From a virus (Duplodnaviria; Caudoviricetes): a DNA stretch of 42,970 nucleotides. Positions within the stretch are counted from its first letter, which is position 1. Each line of letters begins with the position of its first letter. Where the stretch lies: IMG/VR virus record IMGVR_UViG_3300020045_017019, positions 1 through 42,970 of that record, one strand, 5' to 3'. The notes under the pieces are model-generated. The model was not told where the DNA came from and did no database searches. It worked only from the letters and a program-made list of their open reading frames with translations. Below are positions 20,082 through 28,600 of the stretch, piece after piece. A program made the translations under genes and the position numbers.

Positions 20082-22310
20082 TTAGTAGCTTTTTATGATA
20101 TAGAAATAATCCTTTTCCTTATTAGGCAAAAGATTCTTTGCAGTGTTTTGATATAATGGGTTTAAAGTCTCCCATGAAGATGGTTCGATGTGTATTTCAC
20201 GCATTGTTCCGCCAACGTTTGCCCGCAACCATACTTCAGTAGGTTCAATCCCTTCTGGTCGCCAACACATTGCTTCCAATTTATTGCTTTTTACTTTGGT
20301 ACGGCAGGGTAAAATACTTGAGGAATCTGCCCAGTCTATAGCTTTATGCTTTACCCAAGTTGTGTGGTTGTAGCTTTGTTCGGTATTCCAATACTGTGGT
20401 ACAAAATCCAAATAATCAGCAGCGCCACCATTCGTCATTAGCATTTTCATTGCTGCGAAAAAGCCCACATAGGTATCGTGCGATTTGTTACCATCGTAGG
20501 AATTTTTATCCCATTCGTGCAAATCAACACTGTTCATATAAGTGAGCGAAACCAAATGGAAAGCGTTTTTTCTACCCGCCAAAGCTCCCTTGTGTTCGTT
20601 CAAAACGTCTGGAGCGTATCCTCCAGAAGCTAATGGCACATATTCGTTAAGACCAATATTGCCTTTGTCTGCAATTACTTTTGTAAGCATTTTGAACCTA
20701 CGACCACTTAGCTTGTATCGACAATACCAAGCGTTCCATTCTAGCAATGTGCCAGCACGAGCCAGAAAATGAGGTGAATTTCTGCCAGAGCCATATTTAT
20801 TAATAATAATGGTATTACCACCACCCAAATTATAGACGCTGTCTTGCTTTGCCCATTCATACGACCAAAAAGAAACTTCACTGCTTGGAATAATATTGGG
20901 GTAATCAACCGGTCGTTTATTACTTACACCACGAGACGGTATTGATAGAGTAGGCGTTGTACTAAGCCAATCCGTTGAAATGTTTGCACCAGAAGGATAA
21001 TTACCCAAAGAGTCTGGATAGTAGTCAAGGATTTTTGCACCAGTTTCAGGGCTATGGATATATCCGATTGTGTTGATTGGCGCACCATAGTCGGATGACA
21101 CATCACCAGTAGTATTTTCAGCCATACCGATTAGTGCAGCCCTATGATACTGAGAACCAAAATCGGCTGTACCATCTTCAATATCAACGGCTATCAATCC
21201 TCTATGGGATTTTGAACCAACGTTATCCCCAAAACCCATTACAGGATCTTTTGCTACACCACGCCCAAAATCGTAGCTACCTTCTAAGCCCAAACTATCT
21301 AATCTTTGCCCACCATGTAATCCCTCTTCAAAAAAACGATGTTGGTAAGGGATTGAACTTGTAAACGTCCAGAAGGATTGACCGACGTAAGGGTCAATAT
21401 CATCTGGCCATGGAAGACCAGAATCATAATTAAGCGGCCAAATAAATTCTTGACCTCTTAAACCATTCCCATAGTAAAAATTTGGCGTGATGGCGGTGTT
21501 CCCCATTAGTCCAAACTGCCAAGCATCTTTGTTGGCATCTACGAAATACTTACCGAAAAAATTCCACCAAACACCCCATTTGGGTCTAATATAACCCTGT
21601 GCGTTTGTATAGGTTGGTGCTGTAAATTCGCCAATACTGTTTAAGGGTACAAAGTTTATTGTGGTTTGTATTGGAATCGTTTTAGCTACGTTACTAATAG
21701 ATGCTAAAATGGTAGGTTCGGGTGGAGTAACACCACCGCCAGAAGTATCAGCGGTTATGCTTTTGATAGCTATGCCCTTAATATCTACACTAGCTACTGT
21801 TTTACTGATAGGGAATATCAGGTTTGGGGTTTTGTAACGGTATTTGGTAAAGATAGTATTGCTTTCGTAGTGTTTTGTAGGGTTGCGATAATCAGCATAT
21901 TTAGAGGTATAAACCTTTAGTTTGTTGTTATTAACCTCTATGCCTGCGTATTGTGGCAAAGGGATATTCTTTTTGCCGAATAGTTTTACAAGTGGTTTAT
22001 TGAGGGAATCTCTCGAATAAACCAAAAGCGAATCATTTCTAAACAATACGTGCGTTACGGCTATTTTGCCGTTGGTGCTGTTTACAGAATCGTTTCTGAT
22101 GGCAATGCCTACGCCTGCTTTTTTATCTGAAACCTTAGCAAAGTAGGCACGGTATAAATAGGCAGAAGTCAGGCTTCCGTTGTATTTGCGGAGCGTGATT
22201 TTATCGGTAGTGCCACCGATACTACCAATGCCTTTTAGCGTAGTGGACGATTGCCCAAAACCTGTGAGGCTTAGGAAAAGTAAGCTTAAAAGAAAGAGTC
22301 TTTGTTTCAT
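20082..22310 (-). CDS. Signal-peptide-bearing 742-aa protein, possibly glycoside-hydrolase-like
   Basis: MKQRLFLLSLLFLSLTGFG-Q signal; GGGVTPPEP linker; Trp/Tyr/Gly-rich C-terminal domain with LIAVDIE. Confidence 0.55.
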   Translation of the reverse strand: MKQRLFLLSLLFLSLTGFGQSSTTLKGIGSIGGTTDKITLRKYNGSLTSAYLYRAYFAKVSDKKAGVGIAIRNDSVNSTNGKIAVTHVLFRNDSLLVYSRDSLNKPLVKLFGKKNIPLPQYAGIEVNNNKLKVYTSKYADYRNPTKHYESNTIFTKYRYKTPNLIFPISKTVASVDIKGIAIKSITADTSGGGVTPPEPTILASISNVAKTIPIQTTINFVPLNSIGEFTAPTYTNAQGYIRPKWGVWWNFFGKYFVDANKDAWQFGLMGNTAITPNFYYGNGLRGQEFIWPLNYDSGLPWPDDIDPYVGQSFWTFTSSIPYQHRFFEEGLHGGQRLDSLGLEGSYDFGRGVAKDPVMGFGDNVGSKSHRGLIAVDIEDGTADFGSQYHRAALIGMAENTTGDVSSDYGAPINTIGYIHSPETGAKILDYYPDSLGNYPSGANISTDWLSTTPTLSIPSRGVSNKRPVDYPNIIPSSEVSFWSYEWAKQDSVYNLGGGNTIIINKYGSGRNSPHFLARAGTLLEWNAWYCRYKLSGRRFKMLTKVIADKGNIGLNEYVPLASGGYAPDVLNEHKGALAGRKNAFHLVSLTYMNSVDLHEWDKNSYDGNKSHDTYVGFFAAMKMLMTNGGAADYLDFVPQYWNTEQSYNHTTWVKHKAIDWADSSSILPCRTKVKSNKLEAMCWRPEGIEPTEVWLRANVGGTMREIHIEPSSWETLNPLYQNTAKNLLPNKEKDYFYIIKSY

Positions 22311-23074
22311 ACTGTGGTAATATCTATATAAGTGAATGCTAGATTAAGGTAATATCTTTCGTAAATGCTAGTGTTGGGTATCAGTACGAATAGGTAATAC
22401 TCGCCTTCTTCCTGAAAGTTGAGTATAAAAGAGTTTCGTGGGCTGGCTTGGGTAATATCTTCGGTAGTGCCTACCAGTAATTGATAGTTTGAGATATTGC
22501 CGATGGTTTTGACGGATACATTAAATACATCTATCAGCGTGCCATCTTGCTTTGGGTATTTTTTTTGTTCTGTATCTACAGTATCAATCAGCTTGATAAT
22601 TTTCTGAGATGCTTTACCAGGGCGAAGAATCAATTCGTATTGATTTGAATTTTCGATACGTTTTGAGATTAGATACTTATAATCTAATTGGATACCATCT
22701 ATGTAAATTACCTTTTCGTTATGCAAAGTGATTTCTACAAACAGTAGCTGATTGAGCAAATGTTTTTTGTAGCCTTCGCTAAATGCTTGGAGGTCGGTAT
22801 TTTCTTCATCTATCGTTACGGTGATTCCTTGTTGGTTTAATGGACCAAGGCTTTCAAGCTTCCTGACGAAGTTGCCTTCTGTTTCTGAAAAACTAGAATC
22901 TACTTCCAATAGCCAATTTTCGCCATACAAATGCACTGCTTGTTGCGTAATATTGCCCAGAGGTATAGCATCAGTCGCTACGGTTTTTGAATAACAAAAA
23001 CGCAACCTAGCCACCCCACCCAAACGGCTGGCGGGGTCTGTTCTACGAAACATTGTGCTTGGTGAAATTTGCAT
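22307..23074 (-). CDS. First gene of late operon, hypothetical structural protein
   Basis: About 255 aa, LGGV N-terminal motif reminiscent of the tail tube; ATG 3 nt after promoter box. Confidence 0.6.
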   Translation of the reverse strand: MQISPSTMFRRTDPASRLGGVARLRFCYSKTVATDAIPLGNITQQAVHLYGENWLLEVDSSFSETEGNFVRKLESLGPLNQQGITVTIDEENTDLQAFSEGYKKHLLNQLLFVEITLHNEKVIYIDGIQLDYKYLISKRIENSNQYELILRPGKASQKIIKLIDTVDTEQKKYPKQDGTLIDVFNVSVKTIGNISNYQLLVGTTEDITQASPRNSFILNFQEEGEYYLFVLIPNTSIYERYYLNLAFTYIDITTV

Positions 23075-23077
23075 GCC

Positions 23078-23114
23078 CAAAGATAGACTTTGAACATGCC
23101 AAATAAAGGGATAA
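23078..23114 (-). promoter_or_regulatory. Putative late promoter 4 (TTATCC-N23-TATCTTTG)
   Basis: Perfect TAnnTTTG box with shared upstream motif. Confidence 0.8.
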
Positions 23115-23173
23115 GTATTTGTATTTCAAATAGTTATAAGTATTTGAGCGTCAAATATTTATCCCAAAACAGA

Positions 23174-23248
23174 GCGGAAAAGCTGTTGTTTTTTGCGGAA
23201 AAATGTAGTGTATTTTGGAAAACCGCTGTGATTTTGCGGAATTTCCGC
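23174..23248. repeat. Phased GCGGAA motifs
   Basis: Copies at 23174, 23195, 23215 (TTGGAA), 23236, plus inverted copy at 23243. Confidence 0.5.
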
Positions 23249-23258
23249 CAAAAATAAT

Positions 23259-23753
23259 TTAAAAATTTTTGGCGGTTTTTAGCTTTGTTTTTTTGATTTG
23301 CTTTCTGTTGTTTTCGTTGAAGTACGAAACAATGTTTACGCCCATGCGGCGGGCGGAATTGTCATCAATATGTCCACGAGTTCCCGTCTTTTCCAAAAAC
23401 CGTGTTGTGATGGCTTGATCTACCGAAATGTAGTCTTTCCCGCCCCAAGAATGAAAGCCCAGTGCCATTTTGAAAAATTCTGCAAACACACGCCCAAGGT
23501 TGCGGATAGTATAGTCTGAAAAATTATAATCTATCAATCCTTTAGGGATACGTATTTCCAGCGGAACCCAGCCGTCTGGCACGATGTCCTTTTGGGGACG
23601 AAGCTTTACGGTGTTCGTTTTTTCTGCTGCTAGTTGTAACATTCGCCCTAAAAAACTATCAAGCTTAGGGCAAATGTAATTCTCTGTGCCAAAAGTGTTG
23701 AGCATGAACTCTTTTACGTGTTCTGGCACGTAAATGAAGATGGATGTTCTCAT
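23259..23753 (-). CDS. Hypothetical protein, candidate late transcription activator
   Basis: Last early-region gene before the late operon; RHH-like N-terminus (IYVPEHVKEFM), DDNSARR helix near C-terminus; start 23753 or 23807. Confidence 0.45.
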   Translation of the reverse strand: MRTSIFIYVPEHVKEFMLNTFGTENYICPKLDSFLGRMLQLAAEKTNTVKLRPQKDIVPDGWVPLEIRIPKGLIDYNFSDYTIRNLGRVFAEFFKMALGFHSWGGKDYISVDQAITTRFLEKTGTRGHIDDNSARRMGVNIVSYFNENNRKQIKKTKLKTAKNF

Positions 23754-23879
23754 AAATTTTGCATTATTTTTATTTAACAATATGCACAAAATATTATTAT
23801 TATCCAATATATCAGGGCTTTATGTGCTTTACGAATACATTACTTTCATAAATGAATAGAACAAAAGTCCATTTATTTC

Positions 23880-24236
23880 TGTAACGCTGTAACGATTGTA
23901 ACCGATACTGGTTTTCAGGTACTTAGCTTTGCCGACATCCCTATTTTATTTGTAACCAAGTTACAAAGCGTTTGTAACGATTTGTAACCGACTAAAAACC
24001 TGATTATCAGTACCTTAGTAGTTACATATTTTTGTAACTTTTCTATTTTAGTTACAAATAAATATATTTTTTGTAACTGTATAATTGTTTGATAATCAGC
24101 AAATTAAAATTTTACCTTATAATCGTTACAGTCGTTACAACTTTTTGGCAGTTTATTTTATTAAGGATTGTAAGGAAACTATAGGCTGTGGCGTAGGCAC
24201 AAAAAAAGCACCGACGAATCGGTGCTTTTGTGTAAC
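23880..24236. other. Putative replication origin (TGTAAC/GTTACA iterons)
   Basis: 14 copies of the hexamer in both orientations within about 360 bp of AT-rich non-coding DNA. Confidence 0.7.
24201..24229. terminator. Bidirectional terminator
   Basis: AAAAAAAGCACCGA-cgaa-TCGGTGCTTTT. Confidence 0.8.
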
Positions 24237-24256
24237 TGTAATTGTATTATTCTGCT

Positions 24257-24547
24257 TTAACGATAGCTCTCTAGTTTTTCAAGCATAATTGCGATTGAGT
24301 CTGTCTGTTTTTCTAAAATTTCGTTGTTTATCTGTATTTGATTATACGAACCACTAACGTTAATTAAGACGCTCTTTAGTGAATCATATTCTTTATCCAT
24401 TTCATTGTTATTTAACAATAGCCTATCATGAAATACTTGAAGAGAATCTACTTCTTTTTCTAGGGCTGATAATTTTGGGCGACTATTCTCTTTTGAATTA
24501 CAAGAGAGAACCATGAACACGAATATTATTTTTAGTGACTTTATCAT
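24257..24547 (-). CDS. Putative lipoprotein
   Basis: MIKSLKIIFVFMVLS-C lipobox followed by coiled coil. Confidence 0.6.
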   Translation of the reverse strand: MIKSLKIIFVFMVLSCNSKENSRPKLSALEKEVDSLQVFHDRLLLNNNEMDKEYDSLKSVLINVSGSYNQIQINNEILEKQTDSIAIMLEKLESYR

Positions 24548-24604
24548 TGCTCCGTCCTTTTCCTTCTTACCCAATAATAAAACCCGTTTAAATTTTGATT
24601 TTGA

Positions 24605-25234
24605 TTATATTCTTTCAGAAGTTAAAAAAAAGCGTTCAGCCTCGTTCAAAAACTTTGTACAAAGCCTTTCACCATGAAAACCTGTGAATTTTGGCTCAAT
24701 GTCAGGCTTTCTTCCACCCGTTACATTTCCGTGTTCGTCGATATAATAATGACGAACAGGCAAAGGGCAAAGCATATCTAGGGTATAATCTATAATATCA
24801 TCTATGTCCGTAATTTTGATGAATATTCCTGCTGGCATAAATTCACTTTCATATTCTTGAATTTGCGGTATTTCTCCAGATGGCGAATACACCAATGCCG
24901 TATATACAAGTTTCCCATTTTTTCTACATGGTTCATGGAAATTTATAAGCCTTGCACCTTCTGGAATATAGATATAAAATCTATGTTCCTGTGGGATTTC
25001 TATATAAAGATGAAATACTCTTTTCGCTAAGAAGTGAGGTATTTTTGAATAGCTGCATCTGTTTGTTTTAGAACGAAATACTTGAGTATCAATATGAGTT
25101 CTTGTTTCTGATATTCTCAGAAAACAAGTTCCGAATACATCTGATACAATATGATAGCCATTAAGGTTGTCGGACTTCTTCATCGGACAATCTAATATCG
25201 GACGAATGAGGGTTGTAATTTGTGAATTTTCCAT
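24605..25234 (-). CDS. Hypothetical protein (209 aa)
   Basis: Long ORF in operon, no recognised motif. Confidence 0.65.
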   Translation of the reverse strand: MENSQITTLIRPILDCPMKKSDNLNGYHIVSDVFGTCFLRISETRTHIDTQVFRSKTNRCSYSKIPHFLAKRVFHLYIEIPQEHRFYIYIPEGARLINFHEPCRKNGKLVYTALVYSPSGEIPQIQEYESEFMPAGIFIKITDIDDIIDYTLDMLCPLPVRHYYIDEHGNVTGGRKPDIEPKFTGFHGERLCTKFLNEAERFFLTSERI

Positions 25235-25652
25235 TTTTGCGATTGCCTCCCCGTCCCATATTTTTAGGAAACAGATTAAAGAGGGCTTTTTTTAAATTGT
25301 TTGAATATTGAATATCGAAAATGATGGCAATTTGCTTGGCACTGTAGCCTTTTATTCTGTAGAGGTCTTCAATCATATCAATAAGCCTCCAGCTATCTTC
25401 AGAAATAGATTCAGTATCAAAATCGCTAAATTCTGAATCTTTCCCTTTCTTCTTTGAATAGCCGTATGCACACAAAAGATGATATACGGCATTGTTTGCA
25501 TGATTGAAGTACTTATCATCATTTGCAAGAAGAATTGCTATTCTTATTTCTTGCAATACATCTTCTGCTGGAATATAGGAAACCCGAATGTCACGTTCTT
25601 TTATTCTATAATACAGATACTTTACATAGCTTTCGTCTAAAACTGTTTGCAT
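25161..25652 (-). CDS. Sigma-factor-like / HTH protein
   Basis: AEDVLQE (region 2-like) and LYRIKGYSAKQIAIIFDI (region 4-like HTH). Confidence 0.45.
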   Translation of the reverse strand: MQTVLDESYVKYLYYRIKERDIRVSYIPAEDVLQEIRIAILLANDDKYFNHANNAVYHLLCAYGYSKKKGKDSEFSDFDTESISEDSWRLIDMIEDLYRIKGYSAKQIAIIFDIQYSNNLKKALFNLFPKNMGRGGNRKNGKFTNYNPHSSDIRLSDEEVRQP

Positions 25653-25800
25653 TTCTCTTTTTGATAAGTTGTTGTCGATACTCCTCTACGTCTTTATCTG
25701 AAATATCGTTTGGCAAAAAGCCTTTTCTGATTATCAGATACTTTATATACCAGCGGGCTAAAGTTGCCCTGCCGTGGGCTTTGCGTTGTTTGTGTGTCAT
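25606..25800 (-). CDS. Small basic hypothetical protein
   Basis: 64 aa, overlapping neighbours. Confidence 0.6.
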   Translation of the reverse strand: MTHKQRKAHGRATLARWYIKYLIIRKGFLPNDISDKDVEEYRQQLIKKRNANSFRRKLCKVSVL

Positions 25801-25997
25801 GTTGAATTGATGGTTACTTTTTCGGCTATTACTTTGCCGTCACGGGTTAGAATTCTGATATTATCTTCATTTTTTTCTAACTCAATCATTGCTGCCTTAA
25901 TGCCGAACAAAAACCGCTGCCCGTTGGCTTTTTCTAGTAGGCAACTAATGTTGTGGCTTACTGGCATTCTGATAGTGATTTGGGGTGTTTTATTCAT
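25797..25997 (-). CDS. Hypothetical protein (66 aa)
   Basis: Translationally coupled ORF. Confidence 0.55.
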   Translation of the reverse strand: MNKTPQITIRMPVSHNISCLLEKANGQRFLFGIKAAMIELEKNEDNIRILTRDGKVIAEKVTINST

Positions 25998-26529
25998 TGG
26001 TTCTGATTATATCAAAACTGCCGTGTGAATGATATTCGCCATTTTGCAGATAAATTCCTGATAGTTTCTTAGTGATTTCAGTAATTGAATCTAAATTATG
26101 CCCTAGCTCTTTTATGCGTCGATGAAAAAATACTTTTGCGTCTTCTTCATTCTCTGCCGAAATAGCAATCTTGTTTGAATGCTTTACGTTTTTTACTCCT
26201 TTCCTGATGATATGGTCAAAGGTGAAACTATACCAGACTGATTTGATGTCGTCGAGCCTAATCATTACGATTGGATTTAATCCCATATCATATTCTTTAT
26301 TGATATATTCTTGAGCTAAGTTTTCAATCGTATCATGGAAAGCAAGTAGTCCTTTTCGTTTTTGCCCTAATCCCATCAAAGATTTTACTCTACTCAGCTC
26401 CAGACAATCGTTTATGAAATCAAAACCTAATTTTTCTCTCAAAACATCCTCTTCCGTTTCTGCTCCTTCTAAACAAACTTTTAGTAAAAGTGCTTGCTCC
26501 TCCTGTTTACGTTTATGTCTATCAATCAT
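25990..26529 (-). CDS. Hypothetical protein (179 aa)
   Basis: Coupled ORF. Confidence 0.7.
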   Translation of the reverse strand: MIDRHKRKQEEQALLLKVCLEGAETEEDVLREKLGFDFINDCLELSRVKSLMGLGQKRKGLLAFHDTIENLAQEYINKEYDMGLNPIVMIRLDDIKSVWYSFTFDHIIRKGVKNVKHSNKIAISAENEEDAKVFFHRRIKELGHNLDSITEITKKLSGIYLQNGEYHSHGSFDIIRTNE

Positions 26530-26747
26530 TATCCTATCATTTTAAGATTACCAGCCTTTACTTCGGCTGTGAATACTTCGATTGGTACTACAATCATCTT
26601 GCACTGTGAAAAGTCGGCAAGGTGGAGTTCTGTAATTTGATAGACACCCGCTAGGTTTCTACCAAATTTCTCTGAAACAAAAAGCTGACGGCTACCGTCG
26701 TCGTTCTGCCAGAAGGAATGATTAGGTACTAAAGGTTCTTTCTCCAC
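26529..26747 (-). CDS. Hypothetical protein (72 aa)
   Basis: Stop/start overlap. Confidence 0.6.
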   Translation of the reverse strand: MEKEPLVPNHSFWQNDDGSRQLFVSEKFGRNLAGVYQITELHLADFSQCKMIVVPIEVFTAEVKAGNLKMIG

Positions 26748-27069
26748 GATGTTTTTTTGAATTATAATGCCCTGATAATGCCTGTTTGGTATAGAATGTT
26801 TTACCGCAACATTCTATGGGTTGAAAATCTTCTAAAGTATTCTTGACAAGCGGTTCACGTCCTTTAAGTTTATACTTCTGCAAGGTTTCTGCATCTATGG
26901 GCTTAAAAGACGGTTCTGGTTTGTGATGCCCAAGCTCCTGTTTTATTTGCCGTACCAGCCCTTCGGCTTGGGTTAGGATTAACAGGAGGGTCGATTTCCT
27001 GAACGATGTTGTTAGCAGCTCTTCCTGGTGTTCGGCAATTTTGTTTAATCTGAATTCGATGTCTTTCAT
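26722..27069 (-). CDS. Protein with C-terminal C2H2-like zinc finger
   Basis: CCGKTFYTKQALSGHYNSKKH; ATG at 27069 overlaps upstream stop. Confidence 0.65.
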   Translation of the reverse strand: MKDIEFRLNKIAEHQEELLTTSFRKSTLLLILTQAEGLVRQIKQELGHHKPEPSFKPIDAETLQKYKLKGREPLVKNTLEDFQPIECCGKTFYTKQALSGHYNSKKHRGERTFST

Positions 27070-27272
27070 TATTTTGCCTCCTTCCAAACTGAATATCCAT
27101 CATGCCAATCTATCGTACTTCTATCAGCCCAAAAGGCTGATTTTTCTATTTCTTCGCCATCGTCAAATACGAAAAATGTCCCTTTACTCATCATCCATTC
27201 TTCTGGAGAAAAGTAGCGATGTGTGATTTTTAAACCTATCTTCATCGCACTGAGTGCTTCAAGTTTTGTCAT
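27069..27272 (-). CDS. Small Trp-rich protein, possibly DUF2829-related
   Basis: MTKLEALSAMKIGLKITHRYF N-terminus. Confidence 0.6.
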   Translation of the reverse strand: MTKLEALSAMKIGLKITHRYFSPEEWMMSKGTFFVFDDGEEIEKSAFWADRSTIDWHDGYSVWKEAK

Positions 27273-27293
27273 TGTTTTATTGTTTATTCCCCA

Positions 27294-27353
27294 GCCGTTG
27301 TTCGTGTCTTCACGAACGATGTTTTATTTGTTCGTGGAGACACGAACAACGGC
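27294..27353. repeat. REPIN-like nested inverted repeat
   Basis: 24-bp arms (one mismatch), each with internal GTTCGTG-n4-CACGAAC palindrome. Confidence 0.8.
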
Positions 27354-27372
27354 GGGGTGGTTACTGTATAAA

Positions 27373-27528
27373 CTATACGCAAAAGAAATTTAACCTAGTG
27401 TTTCGCAAGCTTTTGGGTAAAAATCCCTTTCTGGTAGCAATTTTAAAGGCTATTTTTACAGATTTAGCACGATACTTTTTAGACCGCAAAACTCCCTTTG
27501 CGTTCAAACACTCTATCGTTACTTTCAT
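27373..27528 (-). CDS. 51-aa basic ORF (MKVTIECLNAKG...)
   Basis: Not in track; ATG abuts stop of upstream gene. Confidence 0.5.
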   Translation of the reverse strand: MKVTIECLNAKGVLRSKKYRAKSVKIAFKIATRKGFLPKSLRNTRLNFFCV

Positions 27529-28008
27529 CTATTGATGGATAATTCTACAAGAAATTACAATGAATTCACCAATACGAATTATAATATCATCTTTATCACT
27601 ACCAGACTCAATAGTTTGTACTTCAATATTCTCAGCAGGATAGCTAAAATATTCTTTATTGTTAGTATCATTAAGTTCCTTTATATAATCAATGAACACT
27701 TTAATGTTTGATACTGGACGATGATTGAATTTATTGAAATAGCCTGTTAATTTGTATAAAAGACTTGATTGTAATGAATTTTTAATTAAACCAAGTCTTT
27801 CTACATGAATAAAGTATTTAACATCAATCAAAGTTAAGTCTGGTCGAACTGTAATCTGATAACCTTTTTGGTAAAGGGTGTCTAAAAACTTTGGCATTTC
27901 TTCTTTACTATCTACGCTTTCGATATTGAAAGCTGCCATTAATGAATCCGCCAAATCGTCTGGAAAATTATTTGGTAGTGTTTCGTAATACTTAGATGAA
28001 TTTGACAT
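27529..28008 (-). CDS. Hypothetical protein (159 aa)
   Basis: ORF. Confidence 0.65.
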   Translation of the reverse strand: MSNSSKYYETLPNNFPDDLADSLMAAFNIESVDSKEEMPKFLDTLYQKGYQITVRPDLTLIDVKYFIHVERLGLIKNSLQSSLLYKLTGYFNKFNHRPVSNIKVFIDYIKELNDTNNKEYFSYPAENIEVQTIESGSDKDDIIIRIGEFIVISCRIIHQ

Positions 28009-28049
28009 AATTTTGAACTGTTTTTAAATGTGAGAAAAATTGAAACATT

Positions 28050-28087
28050 GCACAGCAAGAGGTCGGATTCTTGCTGTGCTTTTTTTT
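28050..28087 (+). terminator. Hairpin with plus-strand T-tract
   Basis: GCACAGCAAGA-n8-TCTTGCTGTGC-T8. Confidence 0.7.
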
Positions 28088-28122
28088 AGTTGTGAATTGG
28101 TGATTTAGTGAATTAGTGATTA
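28088..28122 (+). repeat. TTAGTGA-type tandem repeat
   Basis: agttgtgaattggtgatttagtgaattagtgatta. Confidence 0.8.
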
Positions 28123-28314
28123 GCCTGAAATATCATTCAGGGCTTCGTCTTCATCATACTCTTCTTCTTCTTCGTCTTCGTAAAAATCATGACTTGCGTC
28201 ATCTTGGCAACTATCACAACCATTACATTTTTTGGGCGTTAATGAAACGATACCATCGTCAATATCGCCATTACAGTAGCATTCGCTATCACAGATACAA
28301 CAAGGATGTGCCAT
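28120..28314 (-). CDS. Cys-rich, highly acidic 64-aa protein
   Basis: 8 Cys plus EDEEEEEYDEDE tail. Confidence 0.7.
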   Translation of the reverse strand: MAHPCCICDSECYCNGDIDDGIVSLTPKKCNGCDSCQDDASHDFYEDEEEEEYDEDEALNDISG

Positions 28315-28322
28315 GTTAATTA

Positions 28323-28369
28323 TTTAGTTAGTTAGTGAGTTGTGAGTTGTGAATTAGTGATTTAGTGAT
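28323..28369 (+). repeat. TTAGTGA-type tandem repeat
   Basis: tttagttagttagtgagttgtgagttgtgaattagtgatttagtgat. Confidence 0.8.
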
Positions 28370-28584
28370 TCTATGTTAGCATAACGTCCATCTCTATTAT
28401 CAAAGCCTTCATATACTAGGCCATCTTTGCAGAGAAACATTTCGTTTATTCTTAAATCTTCAACATAGAGCCAGTTGCCACCGTACTTTTCATTAAGATA
28501 CTTTTGTACATCATTAACTTGGAATCTTTGACAGACAAACAAAACCTTCTCGTCTGTTCCTTGTTTTGCGAATATTCTTATCAT
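28354..28584 (-). CDS. Hypothetical protein (76 aa)
   Basis: ORF with aaataatcATG start. Confidence 0.65.
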   Translation of the reverse strand: MIRIFAKQGTDEKVLFVCQRFQVNDVQKYLNEKYGGNWLYVEDLRINEMFLCKDGLVYEGFDNRDGRYANIESLNH

Positions 28585-28600
28585 GATTATTTATTGTTTT

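Noticed and set aside
24085-24288. 67-aa plus-strand ORF in origin region
   Set aside because: Runs through iterons and a terminator; likely spurious
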